In this document: piece by piece, positions 1 through 9,288 of the stretch
Layout: each line of letters starts with the position of its first letter
Position numbering within the stretch: the first letter of the stretch is position 1
Source of the DNA: an uncultured Gemmatimonadales bacterium
GTDB lineage: Bacteria > Gemmatimonadota > Gemmatimonadetes > Gemmatimonadales > GWC2-71-9
Assembly (NCBI GenBank): GCA_963728915.1
Contig: CAVSLV010000002.1
Span: 192,001-256,000 of the forward strand
Length of the DNA stretch: 64,000 bases
Reading direction: 5' to 3'
The notes under the pieces: generated by a model
Database searches by the model: none
Told to the model about the DNA's origin: nothing
What the model saw: the letters and a program-made list of their open reading frames with translations, nothing else
Translations under genes and position numbers: made by a program

Positions 1-598
1 CTTTCTCATCATAACCCGCTGCCACGGCCACCACCTCGTCGTTACTCGCTTTCCGGCTCCAGCTCGCTCCGTCCCACTCCCAGACGTCGCGGATCTCTCC
101 CTCCTGCTCGTTGAATCCACCATAGAGGACAACCCGCTGGCGGGTCCGGTCGTAGGCCATCGACTTGTGGACCCGCGCGCTCGGTCCCGTGGTGGCCCGC
201 TGGGTCCAGGTGGTCCCATCCCATTCCCAGGTGTCGCTCATCACGGTGACGTCGGGAAAGGCCCCGTGCTCCCCGCCATAGAGGACGACCCGCTGACGCG
301 CCGCGTCGTAGGCCACCGAAGCGAGATACCGCGGGCTCGGCCCGGTGACCGCGATCCGGGTCCATGCCGTCCCATCCCACGCCCAGGTGGAGCTTCGGTC
401 GGCGGCAGGATCGTCGCCCTCCGCCCCCGTCCCGCCGATCAAGAGCAGCTGATGACGGGCTTCGTCGTACACCATCGCGTGCCCATGGCGAGGGAGCAGG
501 GTCATCTGTGGACTCGGGCCGGTGCTCCCGCCGCAGGAAGGGAGCATGAGAAAGCCGCTTGCGATCGCGGCGTAGGTCGAGATCCTCTCGGGCGACAT
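1..598 (-). CDS. Kelch-repeat beta-propeller lipoprotein (partial, runs off window start)
   Basis: Absent from the ORF track; translated by hand: MSPERISTYAAIASGFLMLPSCGG...MVYDEARHQLLLIGG...TWAWDGTAW...AYDAARQRVVLYGG...DTWEWDGTTW...AYDRTRQRVVLYGG...VWEWDGASW. GGAG RBS upstream. Confidence 0.85.
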   Translation of the reverse strand, partial: MSPERISTYAAIASGFLMLPSCGGSTGPSPQMTLLPRHGHAMVYDEARHQLLLIGGTGAEGDDPAADRSSTWAWDGTAWTRIAVTGPSPRYLASVAYDAARQRVVLYGGEHGAFPDVTVMSDTWEWDGTTWTQRATTGPSARVHKSMAYDRTRQRVVLYGGFNEQEGEIRDVWEWDGASWSRKASNDEVVAVAAGYDEK

Positions 599-770
599 CC
601 CAAACTCCCTGGTAAGAGCCTCGAGGGCAGGATCGTCTGGGGCCGAAGCGTCCACAACCGGCTCGCTGCCGGCCGCCGCGATCATGCAGCGAACCGGCGG
701 TTGCACGCAGTCACCGGGGCGAACTTCCGCCCCGCTCGCCGGGGAACCCGGCGGGGGCTATGATGGTGCG

Positions 771-1892
771 ATGGGACAGGAAGGTCTGCGGCCGGGGACC
801 CGCCGCCTGCTGCTCGTCCTGCTGGTGGTGCTCGCCATCCCCGCGCTCACCCTGGCGGAGACGGCGCTCGAATACATCCGCACGCTCCAGGGCGAGTCGC
901 CGAACACGTTCTGGTGGATGTTCCAGCGCTTTCTGATACCCTGGACTCTACTGGCGGTATGCCTCCCGATTCCGATCGTACTGGCGCGGCGGTTCCCATT
1001 CACCAGGGGCCGGCGCCTTCGCACCGTCGCGGTTCACGCCCTCGGGGGCACGGTGTTCGGAACGGTGCACCTTTTCCTCGACGTGCTGGTGGCCAGACTG
1101 TGGTGGCATGGCCCGCTGCCCGTCATCGGCGGAACCCTCTCCCTGCTTTCGGTGTACCTGCTCCGCGACTTGTTCATCTACGGGACCCTGGTGGGAACGC
1201 TCCTGACCATTCGGGACCGGCGCGCCCTGAGGGAGCGGCAGTTGCAGGAGACCCGCCTGGAGGCGGACCTCGCGACCGCAAGGCTCGCCGCGCTTCAGGC
1301 CAGGCTCGAACCGCACTTCCTGTTCAACACGCTCAATACCGCGGTGATGCTGATCCGGGACCAGCGCCGGGAGGAAGCCGTGGAGGTCCTGGTGGAGCTG
1401 AGCGAGCTGCTCCGTGCCGTGGTCCACGACGAACCCGGACGGGAAGTCTCCCTTGCGGAAGAGTGGCGATTTCTCGAGCGCTACCTCGCGCTCGAACAGG
1501 CGCGATTCCAGGAGAGGCTCACGGTCGAGCTGGAGCTGGAACCTGCGGTTGATCGGGTCCAGGTGCCATTCCTGATCCTCCAGCCGCTGGTCGAGAACGC
1601 CATCCGGCATGGCATTGCCCGGCGAGCCGCTCCGGGCTGGATCCGGGTATCGGCGCGTCGGGAAGCCGACCGGCTGCGTCTCACGGTCGCGGACAACGGA
1701 CCGGGACTCTGGAACGGGAACCAGGACGGCGCCCGGGTCGGGATCACCAATGTCCAGGCTCGCCTCCATGAATGGTACGGGGCCGCCGGTCAGGTGACCC
1801 TGGAGCGGAGGGACGAAGCAACCATTGCGACCGTCACAATTCCGTTGAACAGAACGCCGGTCGACGGCGTCCAACCGGAAGAGAGAAGGTGA
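771..1892 (+). CDS. LytS/YehU-family sensor histidine kinase
   Basis: N-terminal TM helices; LQARLEPHFLFNTLN, LQPLVENAIRHG and DNGPG motifs. Confidence 0.92.
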   Translation: MGQEGLRPGTRRLLLVLLVVLAIPALTLAETALEYIRTLQGESPNTFWWMFQRFLIPWTLLAVCLPIPIVLARRFPFTRGRRLRTVAVHALGGTVFGTVHLFLDVLVARLWWHGPLPVIGGTLSLLSVYLLRDLFIYGTLVGTLLTIRDRRALRERQLQETRLEADLATARLAALQARLEPHFLFNTLNTAVMLIRDQRREEAVEVLVELSELLRAVVHDEPGREVSLAEEWRFLERYLALEQARFQERLTVELELEPAVDRVQVPFLILQPLVENAIRHGIARRAAPGWIRVSARREADRLRLTVADNGPGLWNGNQDGARVGITNVQARLHEWYGAAGQVTLERRDEATIATVTIPLNRTPVDGVQPEERR

Positions 1893-1900
1893 CCAGATAT

Positions 1901-4342
1901 ATGAGCTTCCCCACCGCCCTTCGCGCCGCCTCCGAGGCCGCCCGCGACCTCGCGATTGCCGCCCGTCAAATGCGCCGCCGGCCCGGCTACGCGGCCCTCC
2001 TCGTCCTGACCCTCGGACTCGGCATCGGCGCCACGGTGTCGCTGACCAGCGTGGTGAACGACCTGATCGTCCGCCCGCTTCCGTACCCCGCCGAAAGCCG
2101 AGTGCACATCTTCTGGAGCGACGGCGATTGGAGAGGCGCTGAGTACGACCTGCTCAATCAACGACGCGGCGTATTCGACGCCCTGGCGGCGTTCTCGACC
2201 AATGACGGGCCCTATCATCCCACCACGCGCGCCGAAGGCCCGGCGACCGACCTGCACTACGTCGTCGCCACCCACACCCTTTTCGACGTCCTCGGGGTGC
2301 GGCCGTTCATGGGCCAGGCCTTCAGCGCCGAAGACGACCGGCCGGGCGCCGCACCCGTAGCGGTGATCAGCTATGGCCTCTGGAACGACGACCTCGGTCG
2401 CGATCCCACCGTCATCGGCCACCGGATCCTGATCGACGGCGCGGCCGTGACGGTGATCGGCGTGATGCCGAAAGGATTCTTCTTCCCGACGCCCGACCTC
2501 CGGGTGTGGCGCCCGATCCAGTTCGATCCATCGACGCCCTTCTACAATGACGTCGGATACCTGACGGTGCTCGGGCGCGCCCGTGCCGGGGTGCCGGACC
2601 CGGTCATCGCCGCGGACATTCGGCGCATGGCGGGCGACCTCGGCGCCCGGTTCACCTATCCGGCGGCATGGGACAAGACGAAGCTCCCGTCGACGATACC
2701 GGTCCATCAGTACCTGCTGGGCGACGTGCGCGCTCCGCTCCTGCTCCTCCTCGCGGCGGTCGCGGCGCTCCTGCTCATCGCCTGCGTGAACGGCGCGGCG
2801 CTGGTGCTCGCCCGCATGACGGACCGGACCATCGAGCTCTCGGTCCGGACCGCGCTCGGGGCGAGCCACTGGCGGCTCGCCCGGCAGATCGCCGCCGAGT
2901 CGCTGCTCGTGGCCCTGTGCGCGGCGGCCGCCGGTTCCGCCTTCGCGGCCGGCGGGTTCCGCGTCCTCGTGGCGAGTCTCCCGCTCCACGACGGGTTTGG
3001 AAAGACCGTGAGCCCGGGCTGGGTCACGCTGGGGGCTGCGTTCGCCCTGGCGCTCGCCATCAGCATGGCGGTATCGGCGGTGCCGGTGCGGAACCTCCTG
3101 CGCGGCCGCTTCGACGAGGCGTTCGGGCGGGAGCGCGGGGACCGCGCCCTGGGCCGGGGCACGAAGCGCGCGCACCATGCCATCATCGTCGCGCAAGTGA
3201 CGCTGGCCGTCTCGCTCGTCGTGGGCGCGACGCTGCTGATCCGTTCGGTGAGCCGGTTGCGCGAGATCGACCTGGGCTTCGATCCTCAACACACCGTGAC
3301 CTTCACGCTGGTCGCGAGCGACAATACGTCCCTGGAGACACAGCGCCAGTTCCTCCACGAGGTGGTGACACGGGTCTCGGCGTTGCCCGGGGTGCAGGCC
3401 GCCGGGCTCACCAATCGCCTCCCGCTGCGCGACGGCGGCTACCAGGGCCCGGTGACGGTGGAGGACCGGCCCGACCTGGCGGGCAAGGAACGGCCGAACT
3501 CGCTCTACCGCACCGCCACACCGGGCTACTTCCGCGCGATGGGATTCCGGATGCTCGAAGGGCGCGGCATCGACTCGACCGACGTCGCCAACAGCCTGCC
3601 AGTGACGGTCATCAACGAATCGTTCGCGAAGAAGATGTGGGCCGGCCGGAGCGCGATCGGCCGGCGCATCGGCACCGGGTGGAGCGGCACGCTCGTCTTT
3701 CGGACGGTCGTCGGCGTCATTCGCGAGGCGCGACTCATCGGCGTAACGAGCGATCCGCCGTTCGCCATGTTCGTCCCGCAGGATCAACACACCACCGCGA
3801 ATCCCGGCGGCGTCCTGGTCGTCCGGGCCAGCGGCGACCCCACCATGCTCATTCCCCAGGTCCGCGCCATCGCGGGGACGCTCGACCCGCAGGTGGCGGT
3901 GGCCCGGGTGTCCACGTTGCAGCAGGTCACCGACGTTGCGCTCGCCGAGCCGTTGCGGCTGCGGTTCTTCATGGGGCTGTTCGCCGCGCTCGCGCTCACG
4001 CTCGGGACGGTGGGGGTGTACGGCGTGGTATCGTTCGCGGTGACGCGCCGGCGCTCGGAGTACGGCGTGCGTCTCGCCCTCGGCGCATCGCCGTCGCGGG
4101 TGCGCTGGGGTGTGCTGCGCGATGGCCTCGCGCCGGTAGCCCTGGGCGTGGTGCTCGGCGTCGCGGCGGCACTCGTTACCGGTCGCGCGCTCGATCGCTT
4201 CCTGTTCGGCGTGAGCCCTCTGGATCCGGGGAGCTATCTGGCGGCGGCCGGCGCGCTGCTGCTCGCCGGCGGAGCTGGAGCCCTCATCCCCGCGGTGCGC
4301 GCCGCGCGCACCAGTCCGGCGAGGGCGCTTCGAAGCGAGTGA
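1901..4342 (+). CDS. ADOP family duplicated MacB/FtsX permease
   Basis: LGLGIGAT, LLLIACVN, VRTALGA, GVYGVVSFAVTRRRSEYGVRLALGA; two MacB_PCD+FtsX halves. Alternative GTG start at 1889. Confidence 0.92.
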   Translation: MSFPTALRAASEAARDLAIAARQMRRRPGYAALLVLTLGLGIGATVSLTSVVNDLIVRPLPYPAESRVHIFWSDGDWRGAEYDLLNQRRGVFDALAAFSTNDGPYHPTTRAEGPATDLHYVVATHTLFDVLGVRPFMGQAFSAEDDRPGAAPVAVISYGLWNDDLGRDPTVIGHRILIDGAAVTVIGVMPKGFFFPTPDLRVWRPIQFDPSTPFYNDVGYLTVLGRARAGVPDPVIAADIRRMAGDLGARFTYPAAWDKTKLPSTIPVHQYLLGDVRAPLLLLLAAVAALLLIACVNGAALVLARMTDRTIELSVRTALGASHWRLARQIAAESLLVALCAAAAGSAFAAGGFRVLVASLPLHDGFGKTVSPGWVTLGAAFALALAISMAVSAVPVRNLLRGRFDEAFGRERGDRALGRGTKRAHHAIIVAQVTLAVSLVVGATLLIRSVSRLREIDLGFDPQHTVTFTLVASDNTSLETQRQFLHEVVTRVSALPGVQAAGLTNRLPLRDGGYQGPVTVEDRPDLAGKERPNSLYRTATPGYFRAMGFRMLEGRGIDSTDVANSLPVTVINESFAKKMWAGRSAIGRRIGTGWSGTLVFRTVVGVIREARLIGVTSDPPFAMFVPQDQHTTANPGGVLVVRASGDPTMLIPQVRAIAGTLDPQVAVARVSTLQQVTDVALAEPLRLRFFMGLFAALALTLGTVGVYGVVSFAVTRRRSEYGVRLALGASPSRVRWGVLRDGLAPVALGVVLGVAAALVTGRALDRFLFGVSPLDPGSYLAAAGALLLAGGAGALIPAVRAARTSPARALRSE

Positions 4343-4415
4343 GTCGTCACGCTGCCGGTCATTCCGCGATAAATCGGCGAGTATTTTCCGGATTCCCGGA
4401 CCTCTGGAGGCCCCC

Positions 4416-4850
4416 ATGGCGCAGTTCGACAAACCCGGCCCGGAAGGAACCGTTGAGGGCGGGGACGGCATTCTCACGATCCGCGGCGGTGGCGCCGAGC
4501 GGGGCTGGAACGGGATCCGGTATCGTGCCGGGCTGTCGGGCAAGAACGTGGGCGCCAAGCAGCTGTCCCTGAACATCGCGACCATCCCGCCGGGTGGCGT
4601 GGCCTATGCCCACATCCATGTCGACTTCGAAGTCATGCTGTACATTCTGGCCGGCCGGGTGCGCCACGAGTATGGAGCCCGGCTGGAGCAGCAGCTGGAG
4701 AATGAAGCGGGCGATTTCATCTTCATCGCGCCCGGGATCCCGCACGAGGTGTTCAATCTGAGCGATACCGAGCCGGTCGTCGCGGTCGTGGCGCGGTCCG
4801 ACGCCAGCGAATGGGAGCACATCGTTCCGTTCGAGCGCCCGGGGAGATGA
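4416..4850 (+). CDS. Cupin domain protein
   Basis: AHIH...E...GDFIFIAPGIPH cupin motifs; GGAGG RBS. Confidence 0.85.
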   Translation: MAQFDKPGPEGTVEGGDGILTIRGGGAERGWNGIRYRAGLSGKNVGAKQLSLNIATIPPGGVAYAHIHVDFEVMLYILAGRVRHEYGARLEQQLENEAGDFIFIAPGIPHEVFNLSDTEPVVAVVARSDASEWEHIVPFERPGR

Positions 4851-4878
4851 TCGCGCCGGCCCCGCAGCCCCCCTTGCG

Positions 4879-4917
4879 CCCCTTCCGGCGTCTCACTATG
4901 CATAGACGTGAAAGGGG
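4879..4917. promoter_or_regulatory. Inverted repeat upstream of padR, candidate operator
   Basis: CCCCTT-N4-CGTCT-N10-AGACG-N3-AAGGGG immediately before the PadR start. Confidence 0.35.
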
Positions 4918-4923
4918 TAGCCC

Positions 4924-5259
4924 ATGGGCTCCGACACGCCGATCCTCGCCGGGACGCTCGACCTTCTGATCCTGAAGACCCTGGCCGCCGGGTCGTTCCA
5001 CGGCTACGGGATCGCCCAGCACATCCAGCGTCTCTCCAATGACGCGCTCCGGGTCGAGGAAGGCTCGCTCTACCCCGCCCTGCAACGGATGTCGGTGAAG
5101 GGCTGGATCACCTCGTCCTCCGGCAAGTCCCCCACCGGACGGGAAGCCCGCTATTACCGGCTCACCGCGGCCGGCCGCCGCCAGCTTGGCCAGGAAGAAG
5201 CCACCTTTCAGCGCTCGGTTGCGGCAACCATCAGGGTGTTGCGGAGGGCCGAGTCATGA
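4924..5259 (+). CDS. PadR family regulator, acidobacterial ADOP-associated type
   Basis: [11 protein letters not shown]...HGYGIAQHI...[13 protein letters not shown]...ARYYRLT. Confidence 0.93.
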   Translation: MGSDTPILAGTLDLLILKTLAAGSFHGYGIAQHIQRLSNDALRVEEGSLYPALQRMSVKGWITSSSGKSPTGREARYYRLTAAGRRQLGQEEATFQRSVAATIRVLRRAES

Positions 5260-7969
5260 CCCCGCGCGAGATCTGGGGCCGGCTCACCGCCTGGACCCGG
5301 CGGCGCCAGCTCGATCGGCAGCTCGCCGACGAGCTCCAGAAACACCTCGAATTCCTGGCGCGGGACCTCGAAGCCCAGGGCATGCCGCCCGCCGAAGCGC
5401 TCGCCGCCGCGCGCCGGAAGCTCGGCAACGTGACCGCGCTCCGGGAGCAGAGCCGGACCGCGTGGGGATTCCCCGCGCTGGATTCCGTGCTTCAGGATCT
5501 GCGTTACGCGCTCCGTGGGCTCCGGCGCTCCCCCGGCTACACCGCCACGGTGGTGATCACGCTCGGGTTAGGGATCGGCGCCAACGCCGCGATGTTCGCG
5601 GTGATCGACCGGCTGATGTTCCGCCCGTTTCCGTATCTCCATGATCCCGGCCGGGTCCACACCGTCTACCTCCAGAGCATCTTCCGCGGCCAGGTCCGGA
5701 CCTACGCCACGATGCCGTACACCCGGTATCTGGACCTGACCCGCGAGGGCCGGTCACGTTCGACGACATGGCCGCGGTCTCCGAATGGCGCCTCGCGATC
5801 GGCACCGGCGCCGACACCCGGGTCCACAAGGTCGCCGGGGTGAGCGCCTCGTTCTTCTCCTTCTTCGACGCCCAGCCCGAGGTGGGCCGGTTCTTCGGCC
5901 CGGCCGAAGACACCCCGCCCCTCGGCGCGATGGTCGCGGTGGTAAGTCACAGCTACTGGAGCAACGTCCTGGGCGGCCGGGATCCGGTGGGCCTCTCCCT
6001 CCAGATCGGATCCCTGAAGTACACCGTGATCGGCGTCGCGCCGAAGGGATTCGTCGGCACCGTCCAGGGGAGCCCGCCCGACTTCTTCATCCCCATCACC
6101 ACGGTGGCCGCCAACCTCGACCGGTCCAACGCGGACACCTACTTCACTCGGTACCAGTGGGACTGGGTCGAGATCCTGGTGCGGCGGAGGCCCGGCGTGT
6201 CGGTGGCGGAAGCCAGCGCCGACCTGACCCGGGGGTGGACCCGGAGCCGACAGCTTCAGCGCGCCATCAACCCGGTGCTCCTGCCCGACTCGGTGGCCCA
6301 TCCGAACGCCATCGCCGGCGCGGTGCGGAGCGCGGCCGGGCCGGACGCAGGACTGGAGTCGCGGGTGCTACTCTGGGTGACCGGTGTCGCCGGGATCGTG
6401 CTGCTCATCGCCTGCGCCAACGTGGCCAACCTGATGGTGGCCCGTTCGCTCCGGCGGCGGCGTGAGATCGCGGTCCGGCTGGCCCTCGGCGTGAGTCGAC
6501 TCCGGCTGGCGGGCCAGTTCCTCACCGAGGGGCTGCTGCTCGCCGGGTTAGGAATGGTGGCGGGGCTTCTCATGGCGCAGTGGGCCGGGGTCGCGATCCG
6601 CGGGCTCCTCCTCCCCGAAGGGTCTCCCTTCAACCTGAACCGGGACTGGCGCACCATCGGGGTCGCGGCCGGCTGCGGGTTACTGGCCGCCGTGGTCACT
6701 TCGATCGGTCCCGCCGTGCTGGCGATCCGTTCCGACGTCGGCGGCTCGCTCAAGGCCGGAGCGCGGGAGGGCACCCATCGCCGCTCCCGGCTCCGCGCCG
6801 CGCTGCTGGTGACGCAAGGCGCCCTCTCGGTAGCCTTGCTGGTGGGCGCGGGACTCTTCGTCCGGAGCCTCCGGAACGTTCTGGCGATTCCGCTGGGCTA
6901 CGATGCGAGCACGGTGATCGAGATCATCCCGGACTTCCGGGGCCAGACCATGGACAGCTCCCAGCAGGTGGCGGTGCGACGGCGGCTCCTCGAGGAAGCG
7001 GAACGGATTCCCGGCGTGGAGGCAGCGGCGCGGGTCAACAGCCGGCTCTTCGGCACCAACACCACCACGCTCAAGGTGCCGGGAATCGATTCGGTGGCGC
7101 GCCTCGGGCGATTCAACGTTCAGCTCTCCACCCCGGGGTATTTCAGCGTGATGGGCACCCGGATCATCCGGGGCCGGGGCTTCAATGCCAGCGATGGTGA
7201 GGGATCGCCGCCGGTGACCGTGGTGAGCGCGGCCATGGGCCGCGCGCTCTGGCCCGGAGAGGACCCGCTGGGAAAGTGCATGCAGATCTCGTGGCGCCCG
7301 GAGACCCGGATCGCCGAGCAACCCTGCACCACCGTGGTCGGTATTGCCGAAGACGCCGCGCAGCAGGGCCTGCTCGATGCCGAGCGGTTCATGTACTACT
7401 TGAGCGTGGACCAGGTGGCTCCGGGCTGGGTCTCCACCATCCTGGTCCGGATGGCGGATGGTGAGATCGATCGCGATCTCGAGCGGGTCCGGCGCGCCAT
7501 GCAGGCCGCGATGCCGGGAGACGGATTCGTGGTGGTCCGCCCGCTCCAGGAAGTGGTAGACGATCAGCGGCGGAGCTGGATCCTGGGCGCGACGCTGTTC
7601 TCGGCGTTCGGCGGGCTCGCATTGCTTGTCGCCGCGGTCGGACTCTACGGGGTGATCGCGTACACCGTGGCGCGACGGATGCATGAGCTCGGCGTGCGAA
7701 TCGCGCTGGGCGCCCGGGGTGGCCACATCGTCCGGATGATCGTTTTACAGGGGGTGAGCTATGCGGCCGCCGGCGCCGGGGTCGGGCTTCTCCTCGCGGC
7801 GATAACTTCCCACTGGCTCGAGCCCCTCCTATATAAGGAGTCGCCCAGGGACCCGGTCACCTATGCCGTGGTGGGCGGGATCATGGTCGCGGTAGGACTG
7901 GTGGCCGGCGCGGTGCCCTCGCTCCGGGCGGTCCGGGCCGATCCCAATCAGGCCCTCCGGGTGGAATAG
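5256..7969 (+). pseudogene. ADOP permease split by a frameshift near 5750 (pseudogene or sequencing error)
   Basis: ORF 5256-5843 has the prefix domain and LGLGIGANAAMF. Homology continues in another frame (TFDDMAAVSEW...LLIACANVANL...GVRIALGA) to 7969. Confidence 0.85.
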
Positions 7970-8035
7970 CCGATCCCAGGGTTCGCGGTTCGAGCGTCCT
8001 AGGTCTCGTGTGACAGGTAGCACCACGAGGTCCCA

Positions 8036-8686
8036 TTGAGACAAAGAGCGGTGCCGGTTGCGCTTGCGATATCGATTTGCGCCTGTACTCCGGCGCGCTT
8101 TCCGGCGCATTGGTGGACCCCGATTCCCGAGGCGGGGAAGCCCGACTGGGAGATCCTGCCGCAGGCGGCCCGCCCGGGCGAGGTCATTCTCTCCAAACGC
8201 AACGAGCTGGGTCTCCTCTCCAACTTTGCGGCGACTCCCTTCGTCCTTCGCGGCACTCGTTACGCCAGCCTGGAAGGGTTCTGGCAGATGATGCTCTATC
8301 CGGAGGATGAGAAGGATCCCCGCGCTCGGTATCCGGGCATCATCTGGCCTCATACCCGAGCCGAGGTCGCTCAGATGACGGGGTTCGATGCCAAGGAGGC
8401 CGGGACCCTGGCCGAGAACAACATGCGGCGGATGGGAATCGACTGGGTCAGCTTCGAAGGCGAGCGCTTCTCCTACCGGAGTCCAGTGCCGGGCAAGCAT
8501 TACGCGCTGATCGTCGAAGCCACCCGAGAGAAGGTCCGGCAGAACGAAAACGTTCGAACGCTGCTGCTTTCCACCGGCGACCTGGTGCTGCGTCCGGATC
8601 ACGTCGAGGAGCCCGACGCGCCGCCGGAGTGGCACTACTACGAGCTGTTGACCGAGCTGCGCGCCGAGCTGCGCGCGGGGCGGTAG
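8036..8686 (+). CDS. NADAR (YbiA-like) family protein with N-terminal signal/lipoprotein-like peptide
   Basis: LSNFAATPF...YASLEGFWQ...KVRQNENVRTLLLSTGD...LRAEL resembles the NADAR core. Hydrophobic VPVALAISICAC N-terminus; start uncertain (TTG 8036 or GTG 8051). Confidence 0.7.
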   Translation: MRQRAVPVALAISICACTPARFPAHWWTPIPEAGKPDWEILPQAARPGEVILSKRNELGLLSNFAATPFVLRGTRYASLEGFWQMMLYPEDEKDPRARYPGIIWPHTRAEVAQMTGFDAKEAGTLAENNMRRMGIDWVSFEGERFSYRSPVPGKHYALIVEATREKVRQNENVRTLLLSTGDLVLRPDHVEEPDAPPEWHYYELLTELRAELRAGR

Positions 8687-8820
8687 CTTATTCCGGGTCG
8701 GAAGACCTCGACGAATGGCCGCTCCGAGTTCGAGGACGTGCTAGCCTTCACGGACCGAATGAAGACTCCCGATGGCAGGTTGAGGATCTCCACGTGGGTG
8801 TTCGACCGCGAGCTCACCGA

Positions 8821-9288
8821 ATGAAGGCCGTGCCCGGTCGCCGCGAACGGCCTCTCTGGAAATGCCGGAAGTGCGGCCGGCGGTTCGCCAACCGCAACCA
8901 GTCCCATGCCTGTGGCCGGTTCACCTTGAAGGCTCACTTCGCCGGCAAGCCCCCGGCTATTCGGGCACTGTATGATCTCGTGGTGGGAGCGGTGGAGCAA
9001 TGCGGCCCGGTCGTGATCCTTCCGGAAAAAACCCGGATCGCCTTTCAGGTCCGGATGTCCTTCGCGCAAGTGACCCCCAAACGGGGCTGGCTCGATGGGC
9101 ATGTCGTGCTGGCTCGTCGCCTCGAGGCCCCGCGGTTTCGGAAAATCGAGACGATCTCGGCGCGAAACCACGTGCACCATTTCCGTCTGTTCGGTGCTCG
9201 CGACGTCGACCGCGAGTTCCACGGGTGGCTCAAGGAAGCCTACGCCGTCGGCGAGCAACGCCATCTCGCGTCCGAGGAGGGGAAATGA
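8821..9288 (+). CDS. DUF5655-like protein with N-terminal Zn ribbon
   Basis: WKCRKCGRRFANRNQSHAC, then CGPVVILPEKTRIAFQVRMSFA...WLKEAY. Confidence 0.75.
   Translation: MKAVPGRRERPLWKCRKCGRRFANRNQSHACGRFTLKAHFAGKPPAIRALYDLVVGAVEQCGPVVILPEKTRIAFQVRMSFAQVTPKRGWLDGHVVLARRLEAPRFRKIETISARNHVHHFRLFGARDVDREFHGWLKEAYAVGEQRHLASEEGK

Noticed and set aside
1790..4585. Very long antisense and alternate-frame ORFs (also 32147-34921, 20423-21982, 35559-37199, 51845-53443 and others)
   Set aside because: Shadows of real genes in high-GC DNA; Arg/Pro/Gly-rich with no family motifs.
8036..9288. NADAR as antitoxin of a DarT-type anti-phage system
   Set aside because: No ADP-ribosyltransferase nearby, and the protein appears to be exported.
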